Positions 38,810-48,044 of a stretch of DNA of 64,000 nucleotides are shown here, piece by piece; positions within the stretch are counted from its first letter, which is position 1; every line of letters starts with the position of its first letter. The notes below the pieces were generated by a model that ran no database searches, was not told the DNA's origin, and saw nothing but the letters and a program-made list of their open reading frames with translations. Location of the stretch: the IMG/VR virus record IMGVR_UViG_3300042560_001054; one strand, given 5' to 3'. The translations under genes were made by a program, and so were the position numbers. Source of the stretch: an uncultured virus (IMG/VR IMGVR_UViG_3300042560_001054) (lineage: Duplodnaviria > Heunggongvirae > Uroviricota > Caudoviricetes).

Positions 38810-40153
38810 TTATACCTTCCTGCTTGTAAGCCCTGCAGTTGCAAGGACGTTTAATGATATTGATACATTTGTAGAAATAGGAATCATGTCAGGGGTAAAC
38901 CTCATGTGTTGAACTCCTAGGCTGGTGACGTACCCCTTGTAAGCAAGAGGTCCAATATCAATATTTAACAGTGTAGGCATTAAAAAGCCAATATCAGCTG
39001 TTTGTATTCCTCGTCGGTTAGTCCACACGGTATCACCTGTTCCAGGACCATTAATAGCTCTGTACAAGTACTCAACATCTGAGATAGTGCCTCTTTCAAA
39101 CAGGTCAATTAACTTGTCTTCTAATTCTTCAGCACTAGTTTGAAACGAAGTATTACCACTGTAGTATTCAGAGAACTCTCTTACTGAGTTTCTTAATAGC
39201 CCTCTCTCTGTAACTTTATTGTCGTAAGACTGGTCAGGTCTATATTGAGATACTTGAGCAGCAGGCACCCCATAAATGTTTGAAGTGTTTAATCCTGGTC
39301 GTTCAAATTTAGCGTTTGCACAAGCAAAGTCGTTAGTTCTATCTAAGACAATGTTAAATGTAATTGTTTCAGTAGCTGGGAAAGCGGCTACTAAAGATAA
39401 GAACATATCTTTTACATCTGGAGTTGTTTCCATTTGTACTTGAACAGCTGTTGAAAATGACTCTGGATTCCATAGGAATTGGAAACCATACTTTCTTTCA
39501 TTATCAGAAGCTTGTTTTGCTATTTTTTGTGCGTCGCTACTTGAATCTGAAGAGCCAACTGTAATATCTAAGTTTGCGCTTGAGTTCCACCATAGGCGCC
39601 CACGACGATAAGCTTCGCTAGAGCGATTTGGTTTTCCAAAGTCGTTATACCCGCCACCAACATTATTAACAAGAGTAGGGGTTAAAGGCATACTCCATTT
39701 GTGAGGAGGCAAGTTCCATTTGTATTCACTTGGGTCAGCTTCTGGCTGAGGAGACGGAGTAGTGTCACCATCAGTAGCGACTTCCGCTTTAGTTTTATCT
39801 TTTGTAGTAGTTTTAGTTTTATCTTTACCGTCATTTGAGGTTGACTTAGTATCCTTTTTAGAAATTTTATCAACTAGCGGTGGAATAACAATAGTACCTA
39901 CGGTAGCTACTGTAGCTGCTCTTCCAAGTGCTTTTTTAGTAAGTACTTTTGAAGCAGCGCTACCAACAGCGTACCCGCTTGCAGTCTTTGAAAGTTTACT
40001 TGTTCCAGGTTTTGCTGCTTTAGCTGATTTAGCAGCACCTTTAGCAGTTACTGCTGCAGCTCTTTTTACTTGATTTTTTGCAATTTGTTTAGCGGCTACT
40101 CCAACTCCTATTCGAACGGCCCCTACTACAACAGGTATCAAAGGAAACGGCAT
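38810..40153 (-). CDS. Tail tube initiator-like protein with long basic N-terminal extension
   Basis: FQFLWNPES, F.IVLDRT, GYVTSL.V....F..DMIP; position after tape measure. Confidence 0.6.
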   Translation of the reverse strand: MPFPLIPVVVGAVRIGVGVAAKQIAKNQVKRAAAVTAKGAAKSAKAAKPGTSKLSKTASGYAVGSAASKVLTKKALGRAATVATVGTIVIPPLVDKISKKDTKSTSNDGKDKTKTTTKDKTKAEVATDGDTTPSPQPEADPSEYKWNLPPHKWSMPLTPTLVNNVGGGYNDFGKPNRSSEAYRRGRLWWNSSANLDITVGSSDSSSDAQKIAKQASDNERKYGFQFLWNPESFSTAVQVQMETTPDVKDMFLSLVAAFPATETITFNIVLDRTNDFACANAKFERPGLNTSNIYGVPAAQVSQYRPDQSYDNKVTERGLLRNSVREFSEYYSGNTSFQTSAEELEDKLIDLFERGTISDVEYLYRAINGPGTGDTVWTNRRGIQTADIGFLMPTLLNIDIGPLAYKGYVTSLGVQHMRFTPDMIPISTNVSISLNVLATAGLTSRKV

Positions 40154-42240
40154 TATCTACTCACCGCCATTCTAATAGAGTCTTCGTTAATGAGTATGTT
40201 CTTAACTTCTCTTGCAAGTTTCTTTTCATCAATTGCAGTTCCTTTAGGCACGTTAATGTTTACAACTACTCCACCATAGTTAGTGTGGGTGCTGCCCCCA
40301 CCAGTGTCTCCTCCACCTTGTGGTTTTGCAAACAACGGAGTTCCTGATTTCATGTCAAATAGCGATGTTCCTGATACTCCAACGTCTGCTATAGCATTTG
40401 CTGCGTAAACACTTGAAGCAGAACTAGAGTCTAAAGAAGCTGCTCCACTTAAATATCCAATTGGGTCTACTTTAGCTTCGCCTCGTCGCACTTCAAAATG
40501 TAGGTGAGGACCAGTACTGTTACCTGAATTTCCACTTAACCCAACAACTTGTCCAGCTTTTATAGAAGAACCTTCAGGTACGTTTTTACTAGATAAATGA
40601 CCGTAGTAACTTGTATACCCATCGTCGTGTAGAACTTTTACATAGTTACCAAATCCGTCAGAATCATAACCAGTAGGTTGAACTATTCCATCTTTAACAG
40701 CCATTACTGGAGTTCCTGTAGCAACTCCGTAATCTACGCCTCCATGAGGTCTTCCATAAGATGGGCTCTTTTTTCCATTAAATACTAAGTGTCTTACTTC
40801 ACCATAAGGACTAGTTACTCTAGGACTTCCGCTCAAAGGTTTAACTGCTGTATACATGGCTTCGTTGCCGTCGCCACCACCAGTTCCACCATCAGGCTCT
40901 TCGTCGGTCATGTCTGTATTAAATAGTTTGTTTGCTCCGTAAGTTACACCTGCTGAAATTAGAGCTGCCAACCCAAACTTTTTAAACGCTCCACCTTTTC
41001 CTCCGCCGCCTCCAAGTAAGGCACCTAGGAAAGAGGTTATTCCGCTAAGAACTAAACCTCCTATACCACCCATTAAGCCGCCAAGTCCGTTATTGCCACC
41101 ACCAGCTAAAGTCTCTATTTTAGAGAACTGTTTGATAATTCCACCAAAAGTATCTACGTGAGCGTTAAAGTTTTTAGCAGCAGTTGTAAGAAGCGTATTA
41201 GCTTCCATAATTCCTTGAATTTGATAATCAGATGTAGAAGCAATAACGTCAGAAGCTGCTGCATTTCTTTTTGCTTCGCTCTGAGCTATATCTGGAATTA
41301 ATCCGCTTTCTCTTAATGATTGCAAATCTAGTTCTGCACCAGATGCTTTTTGCATAATTGCATTAATAATGCCCATTCGTAGTTCTGGTGATTCACCAAA
41401 GTACTGATTTAAATAAGAATAAAGAGCATTACCTGGTTGCAAAGATAGAGCAATAGCGTCTTTTGTTATCTTCTTTCCGCCAGCTGCATTAGTTAATTGC
41501 TTCCATACGTCATTAGCAATATCTTCAGGCTTTCTCATAAAGCCATCAGCACCTCGTACATTTATACCAATCATACGAAGTTTGTTTACGCTAGATGCTT
41601 GGTTTAAAGCAATAGCAGCTGACATACCACCTTGAATACCTACGCCAGGCGCAAGATTTGAAAATGTAGCCGCTGCAGACATGGAGTCATTTCTTCCAAA
41701 TCCTGGAAGCATTCCAGCGCTTAAGCCCATCATTGCTGCACGTGCTGCGTCTTCTGGTTCAATTCCTGTTCCAGTTTGCATTGTTCCGCTAATCATGCGG
41801 CGAGCCCCACCGTTAGTCATGAAGTTTAAGCGGGCTTCAGTAAAGTTACGTTCAATTGCTTGTTGATTTGTAGGCAACATTGTTGCAGCAAGGCCAATAC
41901 CCGCTACAGCGTATGGAAGAGCTCTAGCTACTGCTCCACCAAAACTCATACCACTAGATGATTCATTAGCTGCTTGTTGGTTTCTATTAGGAGGTTGTAC
42001 AAACCCTCCTAAAGAACCAGCGCCAGGCATTTGAGGAACTCCAGGTCCACCTCCGCCTGCTACGGCAAAAGCTCCAGCTCCTTTTCCTGCCTTTAAATTA
42101 GCTGCAATGTCAGCAGATAGTTCTTTTGTTTTTTGAAGAACTTGATTTAATTTATTGTATTCTTCACGTAGGTCGGTAACTAACTGAATTTTTTTAGCTT
42201 GGCCGCTACCGCCAAGGTTCATTCCACCAAGAACGCTCAT
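40153..42240 (-). CDS. Tape measure protein with C-terminal M23 peptidase
   Basis: Ala/Gly-rich helical body; HGGVD, YGHL, GPHLHFE (M23 zinc ligands); follows the chaperone. Confidence 0.85.
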   Translation of the reverse strand: MSVLGGMNLGGSGQAKKIQLVTDLREEYNKLNQVLQKTKELSADIAANLKAGKGAGAFAVAGGGGPGVPQMPGAGSLGGFVQPPNRNQQAANESSSGMSFGGAVARALPYAVAGIGLAATMLPTNQQAIERNFTEARLNFMTNGGARRMISGTMQTGTGIEPEDAARAAMMGLSAGMLPGFGRNDSMSAAATFSNLAPGVGIQGGMSAAIALNQASSVNKLRMIGINVRGADGFMRKPEDIANDVWKQLTNAAGGKKITKDAIALSLQPGNALYSYLNQYFGESPELRMGIINAIMQKASGAELDLQSLRESGLIPDIAQSEAKRNAAASDVIASTSDYQIQGIMEANTLLTTAAKNFNAHVDTFGGIIKQFSKIETLAGGGNNGLGGLMGGIGGLVLSGITSFLGALLGGGGGKGGAFKKFGLAALISAGVTYGANKLFNTDMTDEEPDGGTGGGDGNEAMYTAVKPLSGSPRVTSPYGEVRHLVFNGKKSPSYGRPHGGVDYGVATGTPVMAVKDGIVQPTGYDSDGFGNYVKVLHDDGYTSYYGHLSSKNVPEGSSIKAGQVVGLSGNSGNSTGPHLHFEVRRGEAKVDPIGYLSGAASLDSSSASSVYAANAIADVGVSGTSLFDMKSGTPLFAKPQGGGDTGGGSTHTNYGGVVVNINVPKGTAIDEKKLAREVKNILINEDSIRMAVSR

Positions 42241-42254
42241 CTGCTAATCACCTC

Positions 42255-42401
42255 CTACTTACGTTTAGCTCTTGAAATCCAATTAAATCGTTCTCTAACT
42301 GATAAAGAACGAATATCTTCTAGCGTCCATCCTGGGAACGAACGTGTCAAAAATTCGTACTGGTCTAACAGGTTCTCGTAGTCCTCGTCTTTATAGACGA
42401 A
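42255..42401 (-). CDS. Second tail-assembly-chaperone ORF with no ATG/GTG start, probably reached by +1 frameshift
   Basis: Hand translation in the +1 frame: FVYKDEDYENLLDQYEFLTRSFPGWTLEDIRSLSVRERFNWISRAKRK; fills the gap before the tape measure SD. Confidence 0.65.
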   Translation of the reverse strand, partial: FVYKDEDYENLLDQYEFLTRSFPGWTLEDIRSLSVRERFNWISRAKRK

Positions 42402-43185
42402 ACAAGTCGGCCAGGCTCAGTGGCATAGCTATTTCTTCACCACATGCCTCACAGGCCGTACTCACCTCCCCGAGGCGGGGTCCTGGATTACGAGTTAAAA
42501 TTTCTTCAATGATTTTACTTCTGTCAGACATTCCTAGTTTTAATACAGAAACCGCTCCTAAAGAGGGTGCTCCGTTAATAGTAGAAATGCATCCAGCAAG
42601 AAGCATTGTGTTTAACTCTGCCACGGTTTTATCCGTGTTTTCCATGAGTTTTCTTTGAACTGACCCGTTAGGTAAGTTAACAACAACTTCTCCTAATTTT
42701 GATTGATAGACAAATGTTCTATCTTCAATAGGGTCTTTAAGTTCACGCACTGGTATGCCATCTTTTACATCCACTGTTACGTCTAGAGCTGTCTTACAAA
42801 ATGGGCAAGTGATATTAAAATCAACTTTAGACCCAAAGGTAACGCATCGAATTCCAACAAGGATTGCGTCTCGGTCACCTGATAGTAGGCTGTCCAAGTC
42901 TTCTTTGTTGGCCTTCTCCATACCTAAGCTAACAAGTCCTCGTTGTAGCATTACGTTTAATGCTCTTCCAATAGACCCTGCTTTAGATATAGCTTCTTCA
43001 TCGACACCAGTCAATTCACGCACTTCTGCGTATTTGACTAGGGACCCTTCCCGGTTGATATATCCTCCGGGAAGAGTCACCTCTGAATTTGAAGGCGGTA
43101 CAGTTTTTACTTCAACTGCAGGCTCTTCAATACTCTTGGTCAATTTGTCGAGTAGTGACTGGTCTGTAACTAGTTGTTCTGCCAC
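42391..43185 (-). CDS. Tail assembly chaperone / T4 gp26-like hub assembly protein
   Basis: VRELTGVDEE, GDRD.IL..IR..TFG, CPFC, CEAC; between tube and tape measure. Confidence 0.75.
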   Translation of the reverse strand: MAEQLVTDQSLLDKLTKSIEEPAVEVKTVPPSNSEVTLPGGYINREGSLVKYAEVRELTGVDEEAISKAGSIGRALNVMLQRGLVSLGMEKANKEDLDSLLSGDRDAILVGIRCVTFGSKVDFNITCPFCKTALDVTVDVKDGIPVRELKDPIEDRTFVYQSKLGEVVVNLPNGSVQRKLMENTDKTVAELNTMLLAGCISTINGAPSLGAVSVLKLGMSDRSKIIEEILTRNPGPRLGEVSTACEACGEEIAMPLSLADLFRL

Positions 43186-43210
43186 GATTTATTCTCCTTA
43201 GTTAGTTTGT

Positions 43211-43804
43211 TTAACCTTTTGCATCTCCAGCACGAGGGTCTCCAGTTGCTCCTGTAAAGGATACAGAAAGACCTTCGTGCACTAGCTGCATTGTTTCAAA
43301 TAGAATTTGGTTATCTGTTGCGTTTAGGTCTGAGTAGCTTAGGCTTGAAATCCAAGCGTTGTGAATCTTGAAGCGCATCTTAAATGCGTTTTCTCCACTA
43401 TCCGCAACAGGATGGTCCATTACCCAGATGTTAACGTCACAACGGAATGAACTTGTGTTTGCTCCTACAGCGATACCGTCTCCAGAAGCTGCAGCGAACA
43501 ATCCACGCATCCAGTTGATTGCTTGGTCATTTCCAAATAGTGTTCCTCTTTGGAAGGTCACTGGTGAAAATGTTGTCATACCTGGAACTTGGTGCAACGT
43601 AGTGTTGTATCCACCTTCACGGTATCCAATGCTCTGTGTATTAATAGATAACCCAGAGATATTTGTAAATCCTCCACTAAAAGTAGTGAAGTCTTTTGTT
43701 GCATACGCCTTAGTTTCTGCTGGCGTAAATTGCGCATAGAATCTAAAACTGCGAAGTGGGTCTGTCGCAAGTTTAGAAAAGCGCGAGATATTACTGGTGG
43801 CCAT
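43211..43804 (-). CDS. Tail tube protein (T4 gp19-like)
   Basis: DPLRSFRF, GF..ISGL, YREGG, PG...F.PVT..RG, NAW, E...LVHEG. Confidence 0.92.
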   Translation of the reverse strand: MATSNISRFSKLATDPLRSFRFYAQFTPAETKAYATKDFTTFSGGFTNISGLSINTQSIGYREGGYNTTLHQVPGMTTFSPVTFQRGTLFGNDQAINWMRGLFAAASGDGIAVGANTSSFRCDVNIWVMDHPVADSGENAFKMRFKIHNAWISSLSYSDLNATDNQILFETMQLVHEGLSVSFTGATGDPRAGDAKG

Positions 43805-43816
43805 GTTTTATTCTCC

Positions 43817-45304
43817 TTACGCCACAGTGACGGTGCTGCCACCATCATACTGACCGATTTTGATAACAACGAATTCAGCTGGTCGTTGGAGGGCCACTCC
43901 AATTTCCATATTAACTTCTCCATTGTCTACCTTGATAAGTGGGTTCGTTGAAGCGTCGCACTTAACAAAGAATGCATCTGCTGGGGTTGCTCCACGTAGA
44001 CCACCTTGTGACCAGTAGTCAGTTAGGAAGCCTTCCAGAGAAGCTGTGATACGACGCCATAATACTGCATCGTTAGGTTCAAATACTGCAAAGGTTGTTA
44101 AATCAGTTAGCGCTTTGCGTAGATAAATTAGGGAACGACGAACTGGTACATAACGGTCTGCGTATCCTGCTTTAAGAGTACGAGAACCCATTACTACAAT
44201 TCCTGAACCTGGGATAAAACGAATAGCGTTTACAGGTGCAGCGGCACTGTTCATTGTGTCTAAGTTAGCGTTAGTCAACTTAGTAACAGCAACTGCTCCA
44301 GCAATTCTATTGTTTACACCAGCTGGTGCCTTGAATACTCCACGAGATACATCTGTTGAGATGTACTGTCCGACAACTGCTCCACCGCAGAATGCTGTTT
44401 CTGTAGCTCCTGGGCTTGAAGATGTTGGGCTTGGAATAGTTAGATTAGGGTAATACACAGCTCCAAGAGAAGAGCTTGTATAAGCAGCTGCACGTGTCAT
44501 TTGATTTGCTACTGTATCGTTCATAGCATCAATAACTACAAACACATCGTCGCGTCCTTCAGCATAAGAAAGGATGCTGTTAATAGCAGCTGAAGATGTA
44601 ACTCCAGGTGCGTTAAGAACTAGTGCGTTAGTTACTGTGTCAAAAGCAGGCATTGCGTTTGCAACATCTGATTCTGTTACAGATGAACCGTTGCTTCCTG
44701 ATGCAAGTGGTTCTAGTGATACCACTCCTGGGTTTCTTGTTCCACCAGTTGCTGCAGAGTTTGCATCTACAGCTGTAATGATAGTTGAGGTGTTGTTAAT
44801 AGCAGTAGGAGCATAACGAGCATCTCCAACTGTCATATTCAAATCAGTAAAACGTTCAGCAAGGAAAGCTGAAGTTGTTCCACCGTTATAAACTGCTATA
44901 TCAAAGTGGTTAGCTAGTGAAGAGTTAGTGATTGTGATGTAAACACTATTTCCCCAAGTACCAGCGTTTTTAGCAAAAATGGTTAGTGTTGGGTCTGTTG
45001 TTGCAGAACGGTCATCAAATGAACGTGTTGCAGGAGCAGCAGCACCAGCAGTTACTCTCTTAATCCAAGCTTGGTTTCCACCATTTGCAAAGAATAAGTA
45101 AACAGCAGTTGTTAAAGTATTTAAAGTACCCCATGAACCGTACAGGCTAGTGTACTGAGTCCACGAAGTAACCAATGTTGGGTCTGTAGGACCCCTGTCT
45201 GCAGCGCCAATAAATGCAGCAACCGAAGTTGATGCTGGCCCTGCTAATGGTGGGATTGGATTGAGGGTTTCCTCAACATACACACCAGGGCGTAGATAAG
45301 ACAT
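43817..45304 (-). CDS. Contractile tail sheath protein
   Basis: RPGVYVEE, FFANGG, RGVFKAPAG, RYVPVRR, FEPND, PAEFVVI. Confidence 0.95.
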   Translation of the reverse strand: MSYLRPGVYVEETLNPIPPLAGPASTSVAAFIGAADRGPTDPTLVTSWTQYTSLYGSWGTLNTLTTAVYLFFANGGNQAWIKRVTAGAAAPATRSFDDRSATTDPTLTIFAKNAGTWGNSVYITITNSSLANHFDIAVYNGGTTSAFLAERFTDLNMTVGDARYAPTAINNTSTIITAVDANSAATGGTRNPGVVSLEPLASGSNGSSVTESDVANAMPAFDTVTNALVLNAPGVTSSAAINSILSYAEGRDDVFVVIDAMNDTVANQMTRAAAYTSSSLGAVYYPNLTIPSPTSSSPGATETAFCGGAVVGQYISTDVSRGVFKAPAGVNNRIAGAVAVTKLTNANLDTMNSAAAPVNAIRFIPGSGIVVMGSRTLKAGYADRYVPVRRSLIYLRKALTDLTTFAVFEPNDAVLWRRITASLEGFLTDYWSQGGLRGATPADAFFVKCDASTNPLIKVDNGEVNMEIGVALQRPAEFVVIKIGQYDGGSTVTVA

Positions 45305-45344
45305 TAGGTGTTCTCCTTAGTTTAGTTTCATTAGGCGACGAATA

Positions 45345-45956
45345 TTAGATTTCTGATAGTCCGGATGGGATGTTCGTTGGGTTTTCGTTTATCAGTACTT
45401 CTTCTACCCATGCAACGGAATCTCCGCTATCTGGGGTACTTTCGCTTGTTACAAGAACAGTAAACACGTTTCGGAATAACCGACGTCCGTCTTCTACTGT
45501 GTCTCGTTTAGCGAAATCTTGTAGGATGATGTGCCTGTAGGAAGTTTGAGTTCCTAACTCATTTGGCACTGGCAAAAAACCTCTGTTAGCAACAAAATCA
45601 TTGTTTAGTAAGTGAGCGATAATTGCTCTGTCGTGACGAGGATGACGAGAGTAACTAGTTATTTGATACATTAAATCCCAAGCAGCTGGAACTTCGTATT
45701 CAAAAACTTCTCCGCTTGAAGGTGAGACAGTTCCTTGTCTGTCGTTATCAATAAAAAATCCAGATGCTTGTCTGTAGTTAGCCCACTCTACGCCAATTAA
45801 TTCAATTGTTACGTAAGGGTAAGACTGGTTTCTTAATTCTGGGTCAGGGTTAGAAAACCATGCTTGAACAGAGCGAGTGTTGTTTTTTTCATCTGACACT
45901 GTTATCCCCTGCATTAAAGTTTTTAATGCTTGGTCTTCAGCAATAATAAAACTCAT
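45345..45956 (-). CDS. Probable tail completion/terminator protein
   Basis: Position upstream of sheath; YPYVTI and DLMYQITSYS motifs. Confidence 0.55.
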   Translation of the reverse strand: MSFIIAEDQALKTLMQGITVSDEKNNTRSVQAWFSNPDPELRNQSYPYVTIELIGVEWANYRQASGFFIDNDRQGTVSPSSGEVFEYEVPAAWDLMYQITSYSRHPRHDRAIIAHLLNNDFVANRGFLPVPNELGTQTSYRHIILQDFAKRDTVEDGRRLFRNVFTVLVTSESTPDSGDSVAWVEEVLINENPTNIPSGLSEI

Positions 45957-46282
45957 GGAAGAACCCCCTGGTCAAATAGATAATCTATAGATGTGTCTAC
46001 AAGAGAATTTTCAACGCTAGTTTTGTTTGCTTTTGCAAATTTTCTGAACACTGGGGTAGGTGGAGTGACTCCATCGCCGTACTCGAGGTTCTCTACTCGT
46101 GTTGATACGTTTTCTGGATACTCGACGTCCATAGAAGTATCTGTAATCACTACACGAAGTTGTTTTGTTAATGCCACAGGCCACCCAGCAGAAAGTGCAC
46201 TTTTTCGCAGAGCTTGGGTTAAGGGCTTATTTAAAGTCTTAGTAGACTGAGTGAGAGCGGAAATTAACTCTTTGTTAGTCAT
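45953..46282 (-). CDS. Hypothetical virion morphogenesis protein
   Basis: LEYG..P..P..R motif like neck/HK97 gp10-type proteins; coupled. Confidence 0.5.
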   Translation of the reverse strand: MTNKELISALTQSTKTLNKPLTQALRKSALSAGWPVALTKQLRVVITDTSMDVEYPENVSTRVENLEYGDGVTPPTPVFRKFAKANKTSVENSLVDTSIDYLFDQGVLP

Positions 46283-46443
46283 TTACGCCGTACCACTTTA
46301 CTTGCTAACGCCCCTATGGCTAATCCTACCCAGAATGAACTAATACCCTTACGGTCAGTAGCTGCATCTGCGAACCCTCGAGCAAAGTCTGCTTCAGTAG
46401 GCTCCGAGACTTTTCTTTCTTTGTCTCTGTACAAATAGGACAT
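46279..46443 (-). CDS. Small protein with C-terminal hydrophobic segment (54 aa, not in ORF track)
   Basis: GGAG SD; ...SSFWVGLAIGALASKVVRRK; ATGA overlap. Confidence 0.6.
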   Translation of the reverse strand: MSYLYRDKERKVSEPTEADFARGFADAATDRKGISSFWVGLAIGALASKVVRRK

Positions 46444-46519
46444 AGCAATCTCCAATGGAGTATCAGGGTCGAACGCAAGGGGTACAGCTTTGATTCCCGC
46501 ACGGAATCAGTTCAATAAT

Positions 46520-46546
46520 AAAGCAAAAGGCCCCCTTTCGGGGGCC
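46520..46546 (-). terminator. Intrinsic terminator
   Basis: GGCCCCC-GAAA-GGGGGCC followed by TTTTGCTTT. Confidence 0.85.
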
Positions 46547-46553
46547 CAAGCTT

Positions 46554-46784
46554 CTACTTCTTTTTGTCGTCCTTATCGGACTTCTTTACTTTTTTAATAA
46601 TTTTGGCGTCAATTTTCTTATCTTCAGCCATAGACTTTGGTTTCTTCTTCTTGCCGTGAGCCTTATCAGCCTTCTCAAACTTAGCCTTTTCGTCTTTGTC
46701 GAAACCAGCCTTCTTGAGCATTTTGGCGTCTTTCTTTTCATCTTTGGCTTTTGTGTACTTGCCCTTTTCAAATGGTTTAGCCAT
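46554..46784 (-). CDS. Small Lys/Asp-rich protein
   Basis: ORF track; very high Lys content. Confidence 0.65.
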   Translation of the reverse strand: MAKPFEKGKYTKAKDEKKDAKMLKKAGFDKDEKAKFEKADKAHGKKKKPKSMAEDKKIDAKIIKKVKKSDKDDKKK

Positions 46785-46833
46785 TAGGGTCCTTCTTTCC
46801 GCAACCGCAGTTGCCGCATTTGCACTCTGGCAT
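46777..46833 (-). CDS. Putative 18-aa Cys-rich peptide
   Basis: TAATG coupling; MPECKCGNCGCGKKDPNG. Confidence 0.4.
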   Translation of the reverse strand: MPECKCGNCGCGKKDPNG

Positions 46834-46973
46834 TACATGCCTTTCTTTTTTACCATAGAAGACTTCTTGCCCTTTGCGGGAGCTGCCTTCTTAGCAAACT
46901 TTTTATTTGCTGCCTTTACAGTTTTCATGCCGTGCTTGTCTTTAGGTTTACCGCAACCACAGGTAGCGCACAT
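46833..46973 (-). CDS. Small Lys-rich protein with CxxCGC N terminus (46 aa)
   Basis: MCATCGCGKPKDKHGMK...; TAATG coupling. Confidence 0.6.
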   Translation of the reverse strand: MCATCGCGKPKDKHGMKTVKAANKKFAKKAAPAKGKKSSMVKKKGM

Positions 46974-47113
46974 TATTTTTTACCTTTCTTAGGTTTAGCG
47001 ACTTTGTTTTTTCCTTTACCTTCAGGAACACAGTTTGGAACTTTCTTTCCATTCTTGTTCTTGAATCCTACTTGGACGTATCCGTCCCAACATGGGTTAG
47101 AGCCGCTTGCCAT
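46973..47113 (-). CDS. Small Lys-rich protein with CWxGY...VPNCV motif (46 aa)
   Basis: MASGSNPCWDGYVQVGFKNKNGKKVPNCVPEGK...; TAATG coupling. Confidence 0.65.
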   Translation of the reverse strand: MASGSNPCWDGYVQVGFKNKNGKKVPNCVPEGKGKNKVAKPKKGKK

Positions 47114-47337
47114 TACTTACCCTTCTTGTGGGAGTTGCTTGGCTTACTGTGCCAATCTTTAACTGCCTTAACACCTTGCTTAACAGTCTTTGCTCCACCA
47201 ACCTTAGTTAGATTAATCTTATCGTACTTGCCTGTTTTTTGACCTAAGTGGTCAACAATAACTTTGTCTTTTTTCTTGTAGACAACATGACCGGTACCTC
47301 CAGCTTTAAGGGTGGCAGGCTTTTCTTTCTTTTTCAT
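47113..47337 (-). CDS. Small Lys-rich protein
   Basis: ORF track; ATGA coupling. Confidence 0.65.
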   Translation of the reverse strand: MKKKEKPATLKAGGTGHVVYKKKDKVIVDHLGQKTGKYDKINLTKVGGAKTVKQGVKAVKDWHSKPSNSHKKGK

Positions 47338-47501
47338 TTTGCGCCTCGTTTGTATCTGATAGTAGCTTTTGGTTTACGAACAATTCCGCCCTTTTTCTTT
47401 CGAGCCATGGCTCCACCTGACTTGTACTTGCTACCAGTCAAAGCGATGCTCACTGACTTTTCAGGGTTCTTACCTGCTGATTGTCCAATACGTTTTGCCA
47501 T
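47334..47501 (-). CDS. Small Lys/Arg-rich protein (55 aa)
   Basis: AAGGAGG SD; MAKRIGQSAGKNPEK... Confidence 0.65.
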   Translation of the reverse strand: MAKRIGQSAGKNPEKSVSIALTGSKYKSGGAMARKKKGGIVRKPKATIRYKRGAK

Positions 47502-47510
47502 GTTTCCTCC

Positions 47511-48044
47511 TTATGCTTGGGCGTACGCCAAGAACTGGGTATCGTTAACCAGCTCATCTGGCATAACTTGAATTAGGTCCATAAGTATCAAAGTGTGACG
47601 CTCTGACACAACACCAGACTGTTGAGCTTTAATTGGTCGATAGACTTGTTCTTTCCATACAATTCTGTATTTATTAGTTAAATCAATTGTGTTTTTAATA
47701 ATTCCTCGTTGAGTAAAGAGGTCTGGGCTAGCTGTCTTTAAGTCATCAATGTTTAAAGTCATGTGCAAAGTATCAGCGTTATAGAAACCGCGCTCATTTT
47801 GCGCTCCAGTTCCTTGAGTGATAGAGGCTCTAACAACAGAAAGTAAATGTGGCCCAACCCAAACACGACCGCCTCCTAGAGGCTCTACATCGTAGATGGG
47901 GTCTCTCACACTTGCTGCTGAGTTAAATATCCACCATTGAGCTTTAGTTCCAGCTGGATTTGTTAAGTCGGCAGTAATGCCGTCACCAATAGAATCTAAT
48001 TCAAAATCTGAATCAAATCTACCACCTGGGGTATAGGCTCTCAT
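47511..48044 (-). CDS. Probable head-closure/neck protein
   Basis: DPIYD, RGFY..DTL, RIVWKEQVYRP; position in the morphogenesis module. Confidence 0.45.
   Translation of the reverse strand: MRAYTPGGRFDSDFELDSIGDGITADLTNPAGTKAQWWIFNSAASVRDPIYDVEPLGGGRVWVGPHLLSVVRASITQGTGAQNERGFYNADTLHMTLNIDDLKTASPDLFTQRGIIKNTIDLTNKYRIVWKEQVYRPIKAQQSGVVSERHTLILMDLIQVMPDELVNDTQFLAYAQA

Noticed and set aside
32161..45956. Extracellular contractile injection system or tailocin
   Set aside because: Embedded with a complete phage replisome and phage-type fibre genes, so a myovirus tail is simpler.
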